DNA of 64,000 nucleotides from the NCBI RefSeq assembly GCF_009914755.1, contig NC_060929.1; one strand, given 5' to 3'. The stretch is from the human T2T-CHM13v2.0 reference genome, Homo sapiens. Position 1 is the first letter of the stretch; the number at the start of each line of letters is the position of its first letter. Position numbers and translations under genes: made by a program. Shown here piece by piece: positions 45,302 through 60,428 of the stretch. The notes under the pieces are model-generated. The model made no database searches. It saw nothing but the letters and a program-made list of their open reading frames with translations, and was not told the DNA's origin.

Positions 45302-45685
45302 CTTATTATTGCAAACATGGAATTGAAGTTCTTACATTCTCGACAATGAAGTGCAATTTTAATAAAATGCTTAATAATCTTCATTCGTTTGAGCTGATTT
45401 GCTTCAGTTAAAATTTCTGAGGCAACCCAGAATGTCTCTTGGTTTACAATGTCCTCAAACCTCTTCAAATGAGTATTTCCTGTTTTGGAATTTAACTTAA
45501 AAAGGTCATCGATGTACTCAGTCGGTTCAATATTACGAAACAAATCAAAGTCCCTCATTGACAGCTGGGTGGCCACCTCAATGGTACTGAGCTGCAGCAT
45601 GGATAGCTGGCTTTCCTTAACTAGTTCTTGAGCATCTTCATCTGAACATAAGGTTTCTGTTTCCATGTTATTTTTTAAGTAATAC
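45302..45685 (-). CDS. RAPGEF6: RAPGEF6 coding exon, start of CDC25/RasGEF domain ([10 protein letters not shown]...NFNSMFAII)
   Basis: tttag|G acceptor, AG|gtaagt donor; 384 nt; RasGEF motifs FWVASEIL and NFNSMFAI. Confidence 0.97.
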
Positions 45686-46574
45686 CTAAATGGAAAAATT
45701 TTTTTAAATAAATGTATTCATAAATATGATTAAATAAGAGCACTTTTCCTTTTTGTCGTTGTAAAATATCATTTTACTGTTAATAACTTTTAGCCAAAAA
45801 TATTAATTTACAGATAAAATGAAAAGTTAACATTTTAAATGAAAAGATTTTTGAGAAGTCTGTCTCTTATTCTACCAACTGGCATCTATTAAAGAGTAAA
45901 AATAATGTTGTTATGTCATGAACTTAATTATTTTATGAAACTATCTGTCAGATACTATTTTAGGTACTGGCCTTGCCCTCGTAAAGCTTTTATCTTACTG
46001 TTTTATCTGACAGAGGATTGGTACTATGTAAATATTTGTTTATGAATAGCATGAATTCTAATTAAGGCAAAATAAATTCCTGAATCAAGACGGTTAAAAA
46101 TCTCTATTCAGAAGTTACTCCACTCACTTCCTTTTTAAATAAATTTCCAAGTGAAGCAAGAGGAATGAAATCTACAGAGGAGGGGAAACACTTCCACTAA
46201 TGGTTTCTCCCTTGTTAAATACAAAACCTCATTCCAGCAAGTGGCACTTATCAGTTACCACACATTAAGACCTATATTTTGCTTTCTTCTCTTAAATCAA
46301 CAATTCTACAGCACTTAAAAGTAAGAGACAGGAAACATCTTGTGCAGGGATGTTACTAAGGAAACGAGGTAATGTATCACCTGCTTTTACTTCGTTCTTT
46401 TCTAATAATCCAACTTGATTTAAGCCTAAGTTTGTATCCATCTATCCATCTATTTTTTACTGTCAAGAAACTCTTTTTTCTGCTTTTAGACTGTTCATAT
46501 GCCTAAGACAATGCCATAAATAATAGTGCTGAAACTCATTATGCTATATATAATAATGTTTAACATTATAAGGT

Positions 46575-46770
46575 ATGGTATACTTAGTAACTCATTTAAT
46601 CCTTACAACATTCCCATGAGGTATATTCTACTATTACTATCCTCATTTTATGGGTGAGGAAATTCAGGTAGAGAAGCTACATATGACTTGCTCAAGGTCA
46701 CATAGCCAGAGCTGGGATTTGAATGTGGGCAATCTGAATCCAGGGTCTATGCTCTTAACCACTATGTACA
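46575..46770. mobile_element. MIR
   Basis: catttaatccttacaaca...cattttatgggtgaggaaa...tgacttgctcaaggtcaca. Confidence 0.75.
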
Positions 46771-46892
46771 GCCAGCAAAACAGAGTTAACTCATTCTCAT
46801 TTCACAGCAACCATGGCATGCAGTCACTGTAAGCTTTCTAGGGATCTTGTTCTACATATGAAACTGGGTTACCAAAAAGATTATTCTCAGAG

Positions 46893-47226
<334 letters not shown>

Positions 47227-47476
47227 CTAGTTTATTAAATAATTTTCAGAACACATTTTAAAATTTTTAAAATTTTCCTGCATATTCATTAAAGGAAAAC
47301 TACTTAGAAAAAGAACTGTGAAAACCATGGCTTCTTTTGCCAAAGTACATACTGGCCATATTAAAAACAAATTTATAAATTAGTAGATACAGTCATTCAG
47401 ATATATATGAAGATTTGTATCATTCAGCTTCCTCTATAAAAAAACAGGAACTAGATTATATCAGTGGTTCTAAGAG

Positions 47477-47482
47477 TTTATT
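47477..47482 (-). terminator. Candidate intronic AATAAA after the RA exon (second copy at 47231-47236)
   Basis: tttatt on +, ~150 nt after the readthrough stop AG|G TGA. Confidence 0.5.
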
Positions 47483-47637
47483 TTAGCAGGAGTGACAAGA
47501 TATTTTATCAAGCGTCTTCTGGAGTGAATTTAGGAGCACTAAAACATGATAATGTTTCTACTTACAATAGCTGTTTTAACAGGAAATCTTCAAAAGCACA
47601 TCTACAAATAAGCACATCCACTAATAAGCTTATTCAC

Positions 47638-47878
47638 CTTCCATTGAGTTGAATTCTATCAGCTAATTTGGAGAACTGATCTGGAAGTCTTCTCTGTTTT
47701 ATGACACCCTCAGGAGTAACAGAAACTTCACAGAGAGAATATGTGTCGGATGCACCGGTCAAACCAAATTCATGAACAGCATGAAAAACTACTTCTTTAG
47801 CTGTGGTGTCTTTACTGATGATAATGTAGCAACTTTGCTGATCCACTTTGAAAACTCTTATAACTTGATCAGGGATAT
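47638..47878 (-). CDS. RAPGEF6: RAPGEF6 coding exon, Ras-association (RA) domain ([14 protein letters not shown]...QLNGR)
   Basis: tgtag|AT acceptor, AG|gtgaat donor; 241 nt; RA-domain-like translation. Confidence 0.96.
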
Positions 47879-49098
47879 CTACATAAATAGAAAGATATGC
47901 TTTGTTATTTTTTAAAAAAATCACTTTTAAACCCTTCAAAAAGCAACGTGAAACACAGTGATCCCTCTGAACACTGAAATATACATTTCTATTTCACAAT
48001 ATTAACAGAAGTCACTGTTGCATTTATTGATAAATATATCCTTTTTTTTTTTTCAGATAACAAATCATTGATAGAAAAACCCAAAAACAAAACTTGGGCT
48101 CATACTATATATATGGTTTGGAAGCCAGAATTTTTTCATTTAATATCTTATAAAACATTTTAATGCCATTATATTCTTCTACAAAACTATTTTTAATGAA
48201 GACATAGTACTCCATGATATGTATTTTATATATTTCAATTATCCAAACCCCTAATGACATTTAGATTGCTTACCACTTTCTATTATTATAAATGACATTA
48301 TGATATGCCCCGTTACCCCCTGTCAAAAGTAAGTAAGCCTCTGCAGGCAATCTACTTCCTCCGTGAAAATTCTCAAAAACAGAATTGCTGAATTAGAAGG
48401 CACGCATACTTTTAAGGTTTTTGAAATATACTGCCAAACTGTTCTCCAGAGACGTTATAATATTTTATAATCCTAGAGTGTAAGGGAACAAATTTGGTCA
48501 CATCCTTACAAAAATTGTATATTAATGTTTTGTTTTGCTTTCCCATTTCATAAGCCCTATTCTTTTCCTCCCTCCAAAAAAATATCATTATTTTTTCATT
48601 TCTTTGGTTACTGGTAAGACTCAGTAACTGATAATGGTTTAATGAACCATTATGTCTTTTTAAAAATATTTTTTGGTATCCCTTATGTTTTTTTCCTGCT
48701 GTATTGTAGTAGATAACAACACTTAGTCCAACTATGAAGTGGAAAATGTTAGTTTCCATATTTTATTTATTTGTAACACAAGAACATTTTAAATGTTCAC
48801 CTGGTGAAATCTTAGTCTTTGCCCTTGTGATTTCTGCTATTAGTAGAAAAATTCTAATTTGAGACAATGTTTATATGATAAGCACATGTAAATAATAATA
48901 TTCCACCCCCCCTTGTTCTATCTTATTTCTTTTTGTCATTATAGAACTCTGGACCAATGTTCAACATGATAAGCTAATATTTAATATAATTAAATTTAAG
49001 TGAAAAGTGACTTTATAGCATGAACAAATGCTAAAAATTTTCCCTATGACAATAAATTACTGTTGCAAAAGTTTCCTTTTTAAAAAAATTAGGAATAC

Positions 49099-49396
<298 letters not shown>

Positions 49397-50041
49397 TTAG
49401 GGAATATATATTACTGTGGCTTTTTTGTATGTGTGTGATGACTGCAGTGGGGGCAGGATGGAAGATTTTGGGGGCTCAAGTAATTATACTGTTTGTCCAG
49501 CATCACCTTCTTAGCATTATGGACACTGTTAGCCTTTAGAGGAAAACAAAACAAAACAAAACAAATTACAAATTTATCTCAAAATGTCCTGAGGTATAAT
49601 CCCTGGTTAAAAGGGAGAAATGGAACAGATACAGATATGGCAGGAAATATTTTCATAAAATAAATTTTTTGGTCCTCTTGAGACTGAGGACCAAAAAAAA
49701 AAAAAAAAAAAGACTTGCTCTGAGGACTGAAAGATTCAACTGAATATACATGAATATAATTCCAGGGACAAGGAGTCTTAGCCAACATATGTTGAATGTT
49801 CTGGGTCCTCTCAAGTTGAAAGTAGAATACTTCATCTACTCTGGTTCCTTCTGTAAGAAGGATGCATCAAACTCTCTTTCCTCAATGTATTAAGAAATCT
49901 GAGTCATCAAATGCATCTTGTTCAGATTTCATTCTGATGAGCCAATACTTAGTGGGCTGCTGACATCATCAGGTTTTTAAACCTACAAGACTTAAGGTCA
50001 GACTGTTTCAAGATCCATCAAAATCAGACATACTTCTTGAA

Positions 50042-50399
50042 AGGTTTGGCTGTGTCCCCAACCAAATCTCATCTTGAATTGTAACTCCCACAATTCCCAC
50101 ATGTCATGGGAGGGAGCCAGTGGGAGGTAACTGAATCATGGGGGTGAGTCTTTCTCATGCTGTTCTCACAATAGTGAACAAGTCTCACGAGATCTGATGG
50201 TTTTAAACAGAGGAGTTCCCCTGCACAAACTCTCTTTGCCTGCTGTCATCCAAGATGTGACTTGCTCCTCCTTGCTTTCTGCCATGATTGTGAGGCTTCC
50301 CCAGCCACGTGGAACTGCGAGTGCATTAAACCTCTTTCCTTTGTAAATTGTCCAGTCTTGGGTATGTCTTTATCAGCAGCATGAAAACGGACTAATATA
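50042..50399. mobile_element. THE1-type MaLR solo LTR
   Basis: ggtttggctgtgtcccca...aactcccacaattcccac...tttatcagcagcatgaaaacggactaata. Confidence 0.9.
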
Positions 50400-51347
50400 C
50401 CTCTCTACCCTGTGCTAGAAGATTATTGCAAACAAATGGAAATTTCAATTTGCCAAGAGAAATATACTGAACAAATGGGTTTCCACTATCTTTTTAAGTC
50501 CATAAAAAAGGAACCAACAATATACTGTTATTACCTGTACTGTTGCTACCCTCTTCATAAAAGTAGGTCCTAGCTGTCCTGGGCTCCAGAATTGAATCAT
50601 TTTACTAGATCTTTGGGGGCTGAGCCTTAGCCAGTGGTACTGACTGACCTTGAGGGAATGGGGAGATGTTCTGATACCTTTTATTACTTTCTTCAGAGAA
50701 ATTTATTCACAAAGACAGGGTGGGAATTTGTACACATTTCATGTTCTCTTCCCTTGCTGCCAATATACTGTAACATCTTCTGGGAAGGAGCACACAATTG
50801 TATATCTTGCTGCATAGTGTTACAAAGTCATACGTTGTTAAAGTGATTTGTCCATGTGAAGGACAAATTGTTATATGATCACATAAGATTGATTCAGGTA
50901 TCACACATGGGTGCCTTTAGAACAGATTCATAAATGGGATTATCTAAAGGGTATCCCTTAATCCAAACTCTGATGAATCTGCCAAGGTAACAAATGTCAA
51001 CTTGGAAAAGCAATGGAGAGCCATCAGAGGAAAATCTTTCTCTGCGTTAATATTAATGACAGTGTAAACCTCTATTTTAGAATTATTACGTATATATTAC
51101 ATACTATTCTTTACAAACATGTTTCTTGTTAGTAGGAAAACCACATACATGCCAAGCACAATATTTGGCATGCAGCAGACACTCAAATGTTAATCGCTTA
51201 GATGAATGGTCAATATGTTCGAATAAAGTTGAATCAAAAGGGAAAAAATGATCCAATCATTTCAAATTTTAGGCACAAATCTAAAATGCAGACAAAAATA
51301 CAGTACAATTTTAAAGGCAAAACAGACATTTAAAAAGAATCTTGGAA

Positions 51348-51975
<628 letters not shown>

Positions 51976-53397
51976 TCATATGTAGAAATCTTATGTAATA
52001 GGTAAATAAATTAAATAGAAACCTGATATCTAGACTTTCAATCAGAGATGAAGTTTCTAGAGAGCTAATTTATAAATCTTACAGCGGTAAAATTAAAAAA
52101 TGAATACTTGAAGGATGTATGTACTGACCCTGAGATTACACTAAAAATGGGAGAACTTTTAGGTATTTAAGATGATCTTTAAAAAAAAAGACTGACTTTT
52201 CATTCTGCTTTAAATTGTTAATTGTTGAATAAATATTTATGAAGTGCCTGTTATGTGTCAACAGGGTTCCAGGTGATGAAGCTACAGTGCTAAGTGAGAC
52301 AGATTAAGCCTCCACTCTCAGGGAATTTACTTACATTCAAGTGAGTAAACACGAGCTCGACGAAAGACAAGACATTGAGTAAGGAAGAGAATTCATACAG
52401 CAAAAAGCGCCACACAAAAAAACAAAGGGTAGTGGTATATTAAGGATTGAAAAAATTGTTCTGCAAAGAGCCAGATAGTAAACATTTTAAGTTTTGCAGG
52501 TCAAATGGCAAAACACATATTTTTTAGGCACTTATATAATGAGAAAACAAATTCTCACAAAATAGTTTTTCAAAACTCAAAATATAATAATGCATACATA
52601 AAACAGGTAAAGATACGTGAACACAAAGATTAGGCAATACTGTAAATGTCTACTAATGGGGACTGCTTAAAAAAATTCTGTTAGCTGTTTAAAAATTTGT
52701 GGTAGAACAACACACCTTGAAACAGAAAAGTATTCAAAGGTATATTGCTAAAGTGAAACAGTTAAGTGGAAGAAAAGTAAAACATCTCATTTGGGGTGAA
52801 AGCAACAGCAGACACATTTTATGTGCAATGAAATTTCTGGAAGGATATACAAGTAAATAATAACTAAATTCTGAGGAGTGGAAACTTTTATATTCTATCT
52901 TATTCTGGCAGTTTAATTTTTTTAAAGCTATGACTGTGTTCCTTTATAATTAAAAACTAATAATAAAAAATTTTCAATGAAGAAAAAATTAAGTTTACTA
53001 TATGAAATAAATCAATTAAGGGTTTGGGCTATTAAGTGAAAAGAAGTAAGCTGTAAGTTCTACATGCAGATATAGAAAAAAATTCCTTTTCAAATTTCTC
53101 TTAGCCACACTCCTAATTTTTTTTAGGACTCATTTTGTATTGAGTCAGAAATCCCAAAGAACATTTCAGAAGTTACAGAATAGCATGTATACTGATTCCA
53201 TCCAAACTTAAAAACATATATATATTCAAAAAAATGACTAAAAAGACACATGCCAGTTAATACTGGCTACCTTCTAAGTGGAAAGAAAAGTTGTGCTTAC
53301 TACTTCATTCAATTCTGTATCATTGGACTTTTAAAAAATAACAAAATAATACATACAAACAAGGGCAATAGAATACTACAGTCTTTAAGATACTTAC

Positions 53398-53412
53398 AAT
53401 AAAAACCAACAG
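53398..53412 (-). CDS. RAPGEF6: RAPGEF6 alternative 15-nt microexon (D replaced by AVGFYY, +5 aa, just before the RA domain)
   Basis: tttatttttgctgcatacag|CTGTTGGTTTTTATT|gtaagt; frame-preserving phase 1-1, no stop. Confidence 0.8.
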
Positions 53413-55612
53413 CTGTATGCAGCAAAAATAAAGCAAAATCAAAGTAAGCAATCAAAAACAAACTTACAGTTCTGTAGCTTTGCCCCCACTTTCATTTTGA
53501 TCTAGTAATAACTTTGAAAATGAAGGATAAATATAGGTAAGCTCAAGACCAATAAACATTAATCAAACTTGGCTGTTACACATGTCCTATAATATACATA
53601 TGTGATGTACATGGCTCATTTAAATTTTTGTGTTGTATAAATTACATAAGAAGCTGAATTTGGAATTAACTGGGAATTGATGTTTTTTTCAATCCAAATA
53701 TAAATAATATCCATCACTAGATAAAAAGCCTTTCACAAAATTACACATTTGGGGGTTTAAAAATATAAGTTAAATACCTATCATATATGTGTTCACATTA
53801 CTGGTATAAGCACATGTTGCAGACTGAGACATATCAGATGTTCTCTGAACAGATTTTAAAAAGGCATCTTTATCTTTAGTCCTTTAAACATGTTCTCAAG
53901 GAGAGAATTATGTAATCAACTTGAAATCAAGTTAAGTAACACACCTTTTCTTTATAGGTCTGAATTTCAGCTCCATGGGGACTTAGTTTCTAAAACTTAA
54001 TAATTTCAACCTCTTCTCTTTGTTCCTCCAGCTAAATCTCCAACTTACTTCTCTCTTGCCTCCTCCTACAACCCTATCCCTTATTCCCTCAGCCCCACAT
54101 CCTACATATACCTATGGCAAACATACAGCCATATAAATTATTAAAACTACAAATCATAAGATCCCTAATACTTGTCTCATGAAAGCATATATTTAATTTG
54201 TGCTTTGGAAGTGTGAAGACACTTTATTTTTGAATGTTCTACGTAGTGTGAAAAGCACTGCTGTAAAACACACACACAGAGACAAAGAAATAAATTCCCA
54301 TCCTGCCACATAGCAAACAATAGGAGAGACTGACTCTGTGGCAGAGGGAGGTGGGTTTCCCAGATGAGGTAACACTGGAGTTCAGCACTGACAAATAAAA
54401 AAGCTTACTGGACATGCAAGGAGAGGGCCATGGGTGGCAAACATGGGCAAAGAAAGGGCATTCTGAAAGTTCATTCCATACTCAGGAAGGAGGGTTGAAG
54501 TAATAGTGGGGAGAGAATGACAGAACAAGAGGCTAGAAAGGGGGTTCAGGTCAGCAACACTTCTTCTTCACCCTGGTAGTGACATTTCTTTTACGTGCCA
54601 AGAACTGAATCCAGTTTGCAGTTTTCTTACCTCTGTGATATCTTAGTGCTTCCTTTACCCTTTCCGGTAAATAGTTTAATTAACTTTATACTTTGGTAAC
54701 AATCTTCACATTAACTTCGGATCAAATAACTGGAGTGTCTTCTGTCTCATGAATGACATTTCACTAATATAAAAATCACTACAAATGTCTTAGGAAAGTA
54801 ATGACTCATTAAATCTTTGTTCTAAAAAGAACACTGGTAGCCATGTAGAGAGTGTGATGTGCCAGAACAGGTTACTGGGTTTAATAATCGCTCTAGTGGT
54901 TAAGTGGCAACTGAAATATAAAGGAAGAAACCATGTGCAGAATGACCTTCACTAAACTGTTATTAGGTTATGTCCTGAGGTTTTTATTTAAGTTGCTATA
55001 ATAAAACATGAACTTTACTACTGTACTTATATTTCCTTCTAATACCGAGATGGAACTAAGTTTCCTCCCTTTCTACACTAGCTGCTAGGAACTTTAGAGT
55101 CAAAATTGAAGGTGAATCAGAACTATGCTTATCTTTGTAGAAGCATTTTTTCTCCCACCTTTCCTTGGACCCAATTATATGTTTCAGTGCTTAATTGTAT
55201 ATGCCTTTTATTGAAAACCATCTCAAATCCGTTAAGTGATGGATATATAATTATTCAAAGTCGAAAGTTTTCTTCTTTGTAACAAAACTTTAGATTATAT
55301 AACTGTGACAATTTTTGCCTCAAGACATGAATAGACGCAAAAAAAAAATAACTTGACATCCCACACTGGAAGTCCAAACAACAATGAAAATTATGCTATA
55401 ACGCTCTGATAACAATACATGACAAATACAACTTCAGCTTCAAGTGTCTGAGGAAAAATCTGCTTTTACAAAATTACTAACACTTTTCTGTGTATTATAG
55501 AAAAAGGTAAGTGAGGCCACTTAGATTAAAATAATCTCCCTTATTCTTTTCCACACCCTGGGTAAGATATATCTTGCCTGAGAAGTGTCTCTGTTTTCAT
55601 TCTACTGCTTAG

Positions 55613-55983
<371 letters not shown>

Positions 55984-56183
55984 TTATGTACTTCTGTTTC
56001 ACTTTAGAGGAAGTACCATTCAAATTAACAGAACAAGTCAATCTCCCTTTAGTTTTTTGCATCAAGTCATAATCTAGAGTTAAGAGGGCTGCAAGTAACT
56101 CCAGCACTTGCTGCACAAGGCTTAACCATCTATTTGTTCATTTGGTACCAATACGGCAATATAAAATCACATATGAAAATTAC

Positions 56184-56341
56184 CTGAAGGATTGGAAAAA
56201 TCCAACATACTGGTGGTAGGCTGCAGGAGATCAGGGCTGCTGGATGAGAGTGTTCCAGGGATGGGCATTATAGCCAGACTATGCCTACAGTGCCTTGTTC
56301 CCACAATGCTGTCATCTTGTGATTGGCTTAGGCCTCCATCA
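56184..56341 (-). CDS. RAPGEF6: RAPGEF6 coding exon ([52 protein letters not shown])
   Basis: Hand-translated, not in the ORF track; cttttgaag|T acceptor, G|gtaatt donor; 158 nt, phase 2 in / phase 1 out fits both neighbours. Confidence 0.93.
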
Positions 56342-57778
56342 CTTCAAAAGAATGTCATATATCACTTTAAAGTATTTGAGAGTACTTAAGTAGTAAACGT
56401 TTCTGTTCCCTGTGCACTAAGGCATAAAAGAACCAATTCAAAGAGGTGATTTAAACAACTGAAATACTACAGCAATTTTTAAAAGACAATTGTAATGATG
56501 AAAATGGCACTAAAATTTTTAACAATTACATTAAAATAAAATCTAACTTATACATCTAAGTAATTCTACTACATCCTAATTAAATTGTCTTATTTAGTGT
56601 CTACCAGTTTGGGTGAAGAAACTGAACCTGAGTATTTAGGGAACCCTTCAAATTTGCCAGTTTTAGTGGACACTAATACATGTATCCAAATATGCACAGC
56701 CACACCATAGCAAGGTGTTCTCTTTCTCTTTCCCTTTCTCCAGAAAATCTTGGTGATCCTCTAGGAAAAAGAGTCTACATTCAAACCAAAAACTATGGCA
56801 GGTAATAGATAACAATGGGGCCAAGGTCAAGTGACAAAGTAAGAGTGGTCTTTAAACACTGGACCAGAAAAAAAATAGAATTATGAAAATTACAGTCTCT
56901 AAAGTTCATTCTAAGGGTACATTATTTCTTATTTAATCTCTCAAGTCTAATTATTTAAGCAAACAAAATATTCTTCCTTTAAAATATTTTAGAAATGTGA
57001 CATAGGCAACTTCTAAATCCACCTAGAGAAAAAATAAAAACAAAGAAACAAACACTGTCACTTAGGTTTTAGATACCCCCAAATTTTAGCTTACTTTTAA
57101 GCAAAACAGTCCTATAAAAACATAAGATAGCAGTGAAAAAAATTTCCATCAACATCAATAACCAAAAACTACTTCTAAGGGTTGTACTTACATTAAAACC
57201 AATGCTCTGTTACTATTAATTCTTGTCTATATTTTATCAAATGCAGCATTCTGCCTAGTACTTGCTATACATACCAACAGAAGTATCACAGAATACTTAC
57301 CTATTATCATGAAAAAGATTAAAGTATAGTATTATAAATGAATAATATGAAATACATTTAAATTACACTAGATGTAAAATATAGGATTTTACGTAGATTA
57401 GAAAACTATGCAAGATGGAGAGTTAGACTGTTAAATAAACTGCTAAAGGACTGTTAATAGTCAGACATGAAAGAGAAGGCCAGGATATGACAGAGCTGAA
57501 GAGTCAGAGAAAAGCAAAGAGACATGGAAGAAAGCAAAGATTAGTGTTTCAAGGGCAAGCTTTGATGTCAGACAGACCTGAGCTACTAGCTGCTTGACTT
57601 CAGGCAAATTTCGTTCTCTTTATAAACTTTGGTTTTCTCATCTGTAAATGTGAGCAACACTATCTCCCCCAGGAATACTGAAAAATCAGGTAATATAGGC
57701 GAATGTTGTGGTGTAAAGGAAAACAGGACTTTAATTCTTAAGAATGGACTTACTTTTACAAAAATTAAAATGAGAATA

Positions 57779-58065
57779 GGGCGGGGCACATTGGCTCACC
57801 CCTGCAATCCCAGCACTTTGGGTGGCAGAGGTGGGTGAATCACCTGAGTCAGGAGTTTAAGACCAGCCTGGCCAACATGGCGAAACCCCGTCTCTACTAA
57901 AAATACTAAAATTAGCCAGAAGTCGGGTGGCGCGTGCCTGTAATCCCACCTACTCTGGAGGCTGAGGCAGGAGAATCGCTTGAACCCAGGAGGCAGAGGT
58001 TGCAGAGAGCAGCCTGGGTGACAGAGCAAGACTCCGTATCAAAACAATAAATAAATAAAAATAAA
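57779..58065 (+). mobile_element. Alu with right-arm deletion
   Basis: TSD aaaatgagaat. Confidence 0.9.
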
Positions 58066-59901
58066 ATGAGAATTGTACAAACACAGAAGGGAGAATTATT
58101 TATTTTACTCAGTTTATATTAAAAAGTAGAGGCAGGTCCGAGTAAAGGTACTAGAGAAACAGGAAGTGCTTTCCTGGGGAGAGAAGGCAGTCTAATTTGA
58201 CAGATAAAGCAAAGGAGATATCTCATTTGATAAATAATTTGCATTTACTCTAAATTGACTCCTTATAATTTGGTTTGTATTCCTAAAGGTTAGAGTTAAA
58301 TGTTCTAAGGTTAGGTAAGAGAAAATAAGAGGAAAAAGGGCTTTCAAAGGTATTTAAAGTATACAGAAAATAAAGATTTTTTAAAAAAACAGTCTTTCTT
58401 TAATTGACTTTTGAAAACAAACACATCAATTTTTGGACACAGAGGGTGCGACAACAATCCAAGGAAGCAAACCATTAAAGAGGTTGTCCAGTCCTACTAA
58501 TAATTAAGTAGAAGCAACTTTAACAATGTTAAAAAGTTACAATTTTCTATTAAAGGGAATTAACTGCATCAACTGCAGCAAGCTGAATCACTATACAAAT
58601 TAAGATGTACAGAAAATACGAAAAGTCCTTATATCTCTTGCTGATGCTATTTAACATCGCTTCTGCTTTTGAATGCTCAATAGAGAAAACACTGTATAGC
58701 TATAAATATGTAAAGCTGGTTACAAATTCGTAGTAATTAAAGTGTGAGGTGCATAAATGAAAACTATACTGCTATGTACAATCCATGCTATGCCATGAAT
58801 GAAACAGTATTTAGTTGGCAAAATATCCATGCTTATTTGAAAGCTGAGTTGATAAAGCCCATTTGGCAAGTAATTGTATCATTCTTACCAAAACAGTCTC
58901 CTGAGAAGGTGATGCAGTAACAGAAGAAAAATCGTTTAAAAATATTCCTCAATACTTCCCCAACACTAAATTTACTTAGGATAAAAGTACTTGGTTTCAT
59001 ATTATGAAACTAAAAAGGCTACATAAATATCGCCAATATGTAAATAAAAAAGAATCCCAATATTTAAAAAGCAAACAAAAATACGTTGACAAGAAATGGG
59101 GAGGAAAAATATAATTCCAGTTAAGCAAGCAAGGCAGTTTATTTCTGGGATTGTTACAATGAATAACACAGAGATGTTACTTAGGCAACTGTGATTTTAA
59201 AAACAAAATAAAAGCTATGTGATTTTTAAAAAAGAAAAACAGATTTCCTGAAATGTGAAGAATTCTTAGGTCAATAAAAACCATACTTCCGTCTTAACTT
59301 ACAGATGTAATTCAAACTAGTAACATTTTTCACTTTAATTTTTAGGAACATTCTTTTAAAATTATATCATGGTTTGTTTGGGATTTTGGAATTATCTATT
59401 CTTATCTCAAGTATTTGTTCTTTCCTTACATTCTTTCTTTTCTATGACAACTCATCCTCTACTCTTACAGAACTGAGTGCTGCTAAAGGCAGAGAACAAG
59501 TTTCTGTTCTTGGTGCCTCTTCCAAAGAGGTCTGGCACACAGGAGATGCTCAGAAATTGTGAAACTGAACTCATTAAACATTTTTTTCAATTAAAAAATA
59601 ACAAATGTTCAAGAAGAAAACTTGTAAAATACAGAAAGAAAGCAGAGAAGGAAGGGAAAAATTACCTATGAAACTATGCCTTCCAAAAACCACAATCAAC
59701 ATTTTGATATTTTTCCTTCTAGTCATTTTTCTGATGTGTAGTAGAATTTATTTAACCAATCCTTGTAGTTGGACATTTAGGGTGCTCCAACTTTTAGTGT
59801 AGATAAAACAACTTGGAGCATCTATATATAAATCTTCATCTAATTACTATTAGAAACAGAACTACTGAATCAAATAATTTTGTCATTTTAAAATATTTAT
59901 T

Positions 59902-60428
59902 GGCTAGTGCGGTAGCTCAAACCTGTAATCCCAGCACTCTGTGAGGCTGAGGCGCGTGGATCACCTGAGGTCAGGAGTTCCAAGTCAGGAGTTCCAGACC
60001 AGCCTGGCCAACATGGTGAAACCCTGTCGCTACTAAAAATAAAATTTATTTATTTATTTATTTATTATTTTTTTGAGTCGGAGTTTCACTCTGTCACCCA
60101 GGCTGCAGTGCAGTGGCACGAGCTTGGCTCGCCACAACCTCCATCTCCCTGGGTTCAAGTGATTCTCCTGCCTCAGCCTCCCGAGTAACTGGGATTACAG
60201 GCATGTGCCACCATGCCCAGCTAATTTTTGTAGTTCTCTTGCCTCAGCCTCCCAAGCAGCTGGGATTACAGGTGTACGCCACCATGTCCAGCTAGTTTTT
60301 TTATTTTTGGTAGAGATGGACTTTCACAATGTTGGTCAGGCTGGTCTCAACCTCCTGGCCTCAAGTGATCTGTCCACCTCGGCCTCCCAAAGTGCTGGGA
60401 TAACAGGCGTGAGGCACCGTGCCCAGCC
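59902..60428. mobile_element. Inverted Alu composite: + left monomer (59902-60040) abutting a - full Alu (60045-60428)
   Basis: Alu consensus in both orientations. Confidence 0.9.

Noticed and set aside
49920-49972. TGATGA...CTGA on the sense strand (C/D snoRNA-like) with a small inverted repeat
   Set aside because: Box spacing is only ~45 nt, the C box is imperfect and there is no terminal stem
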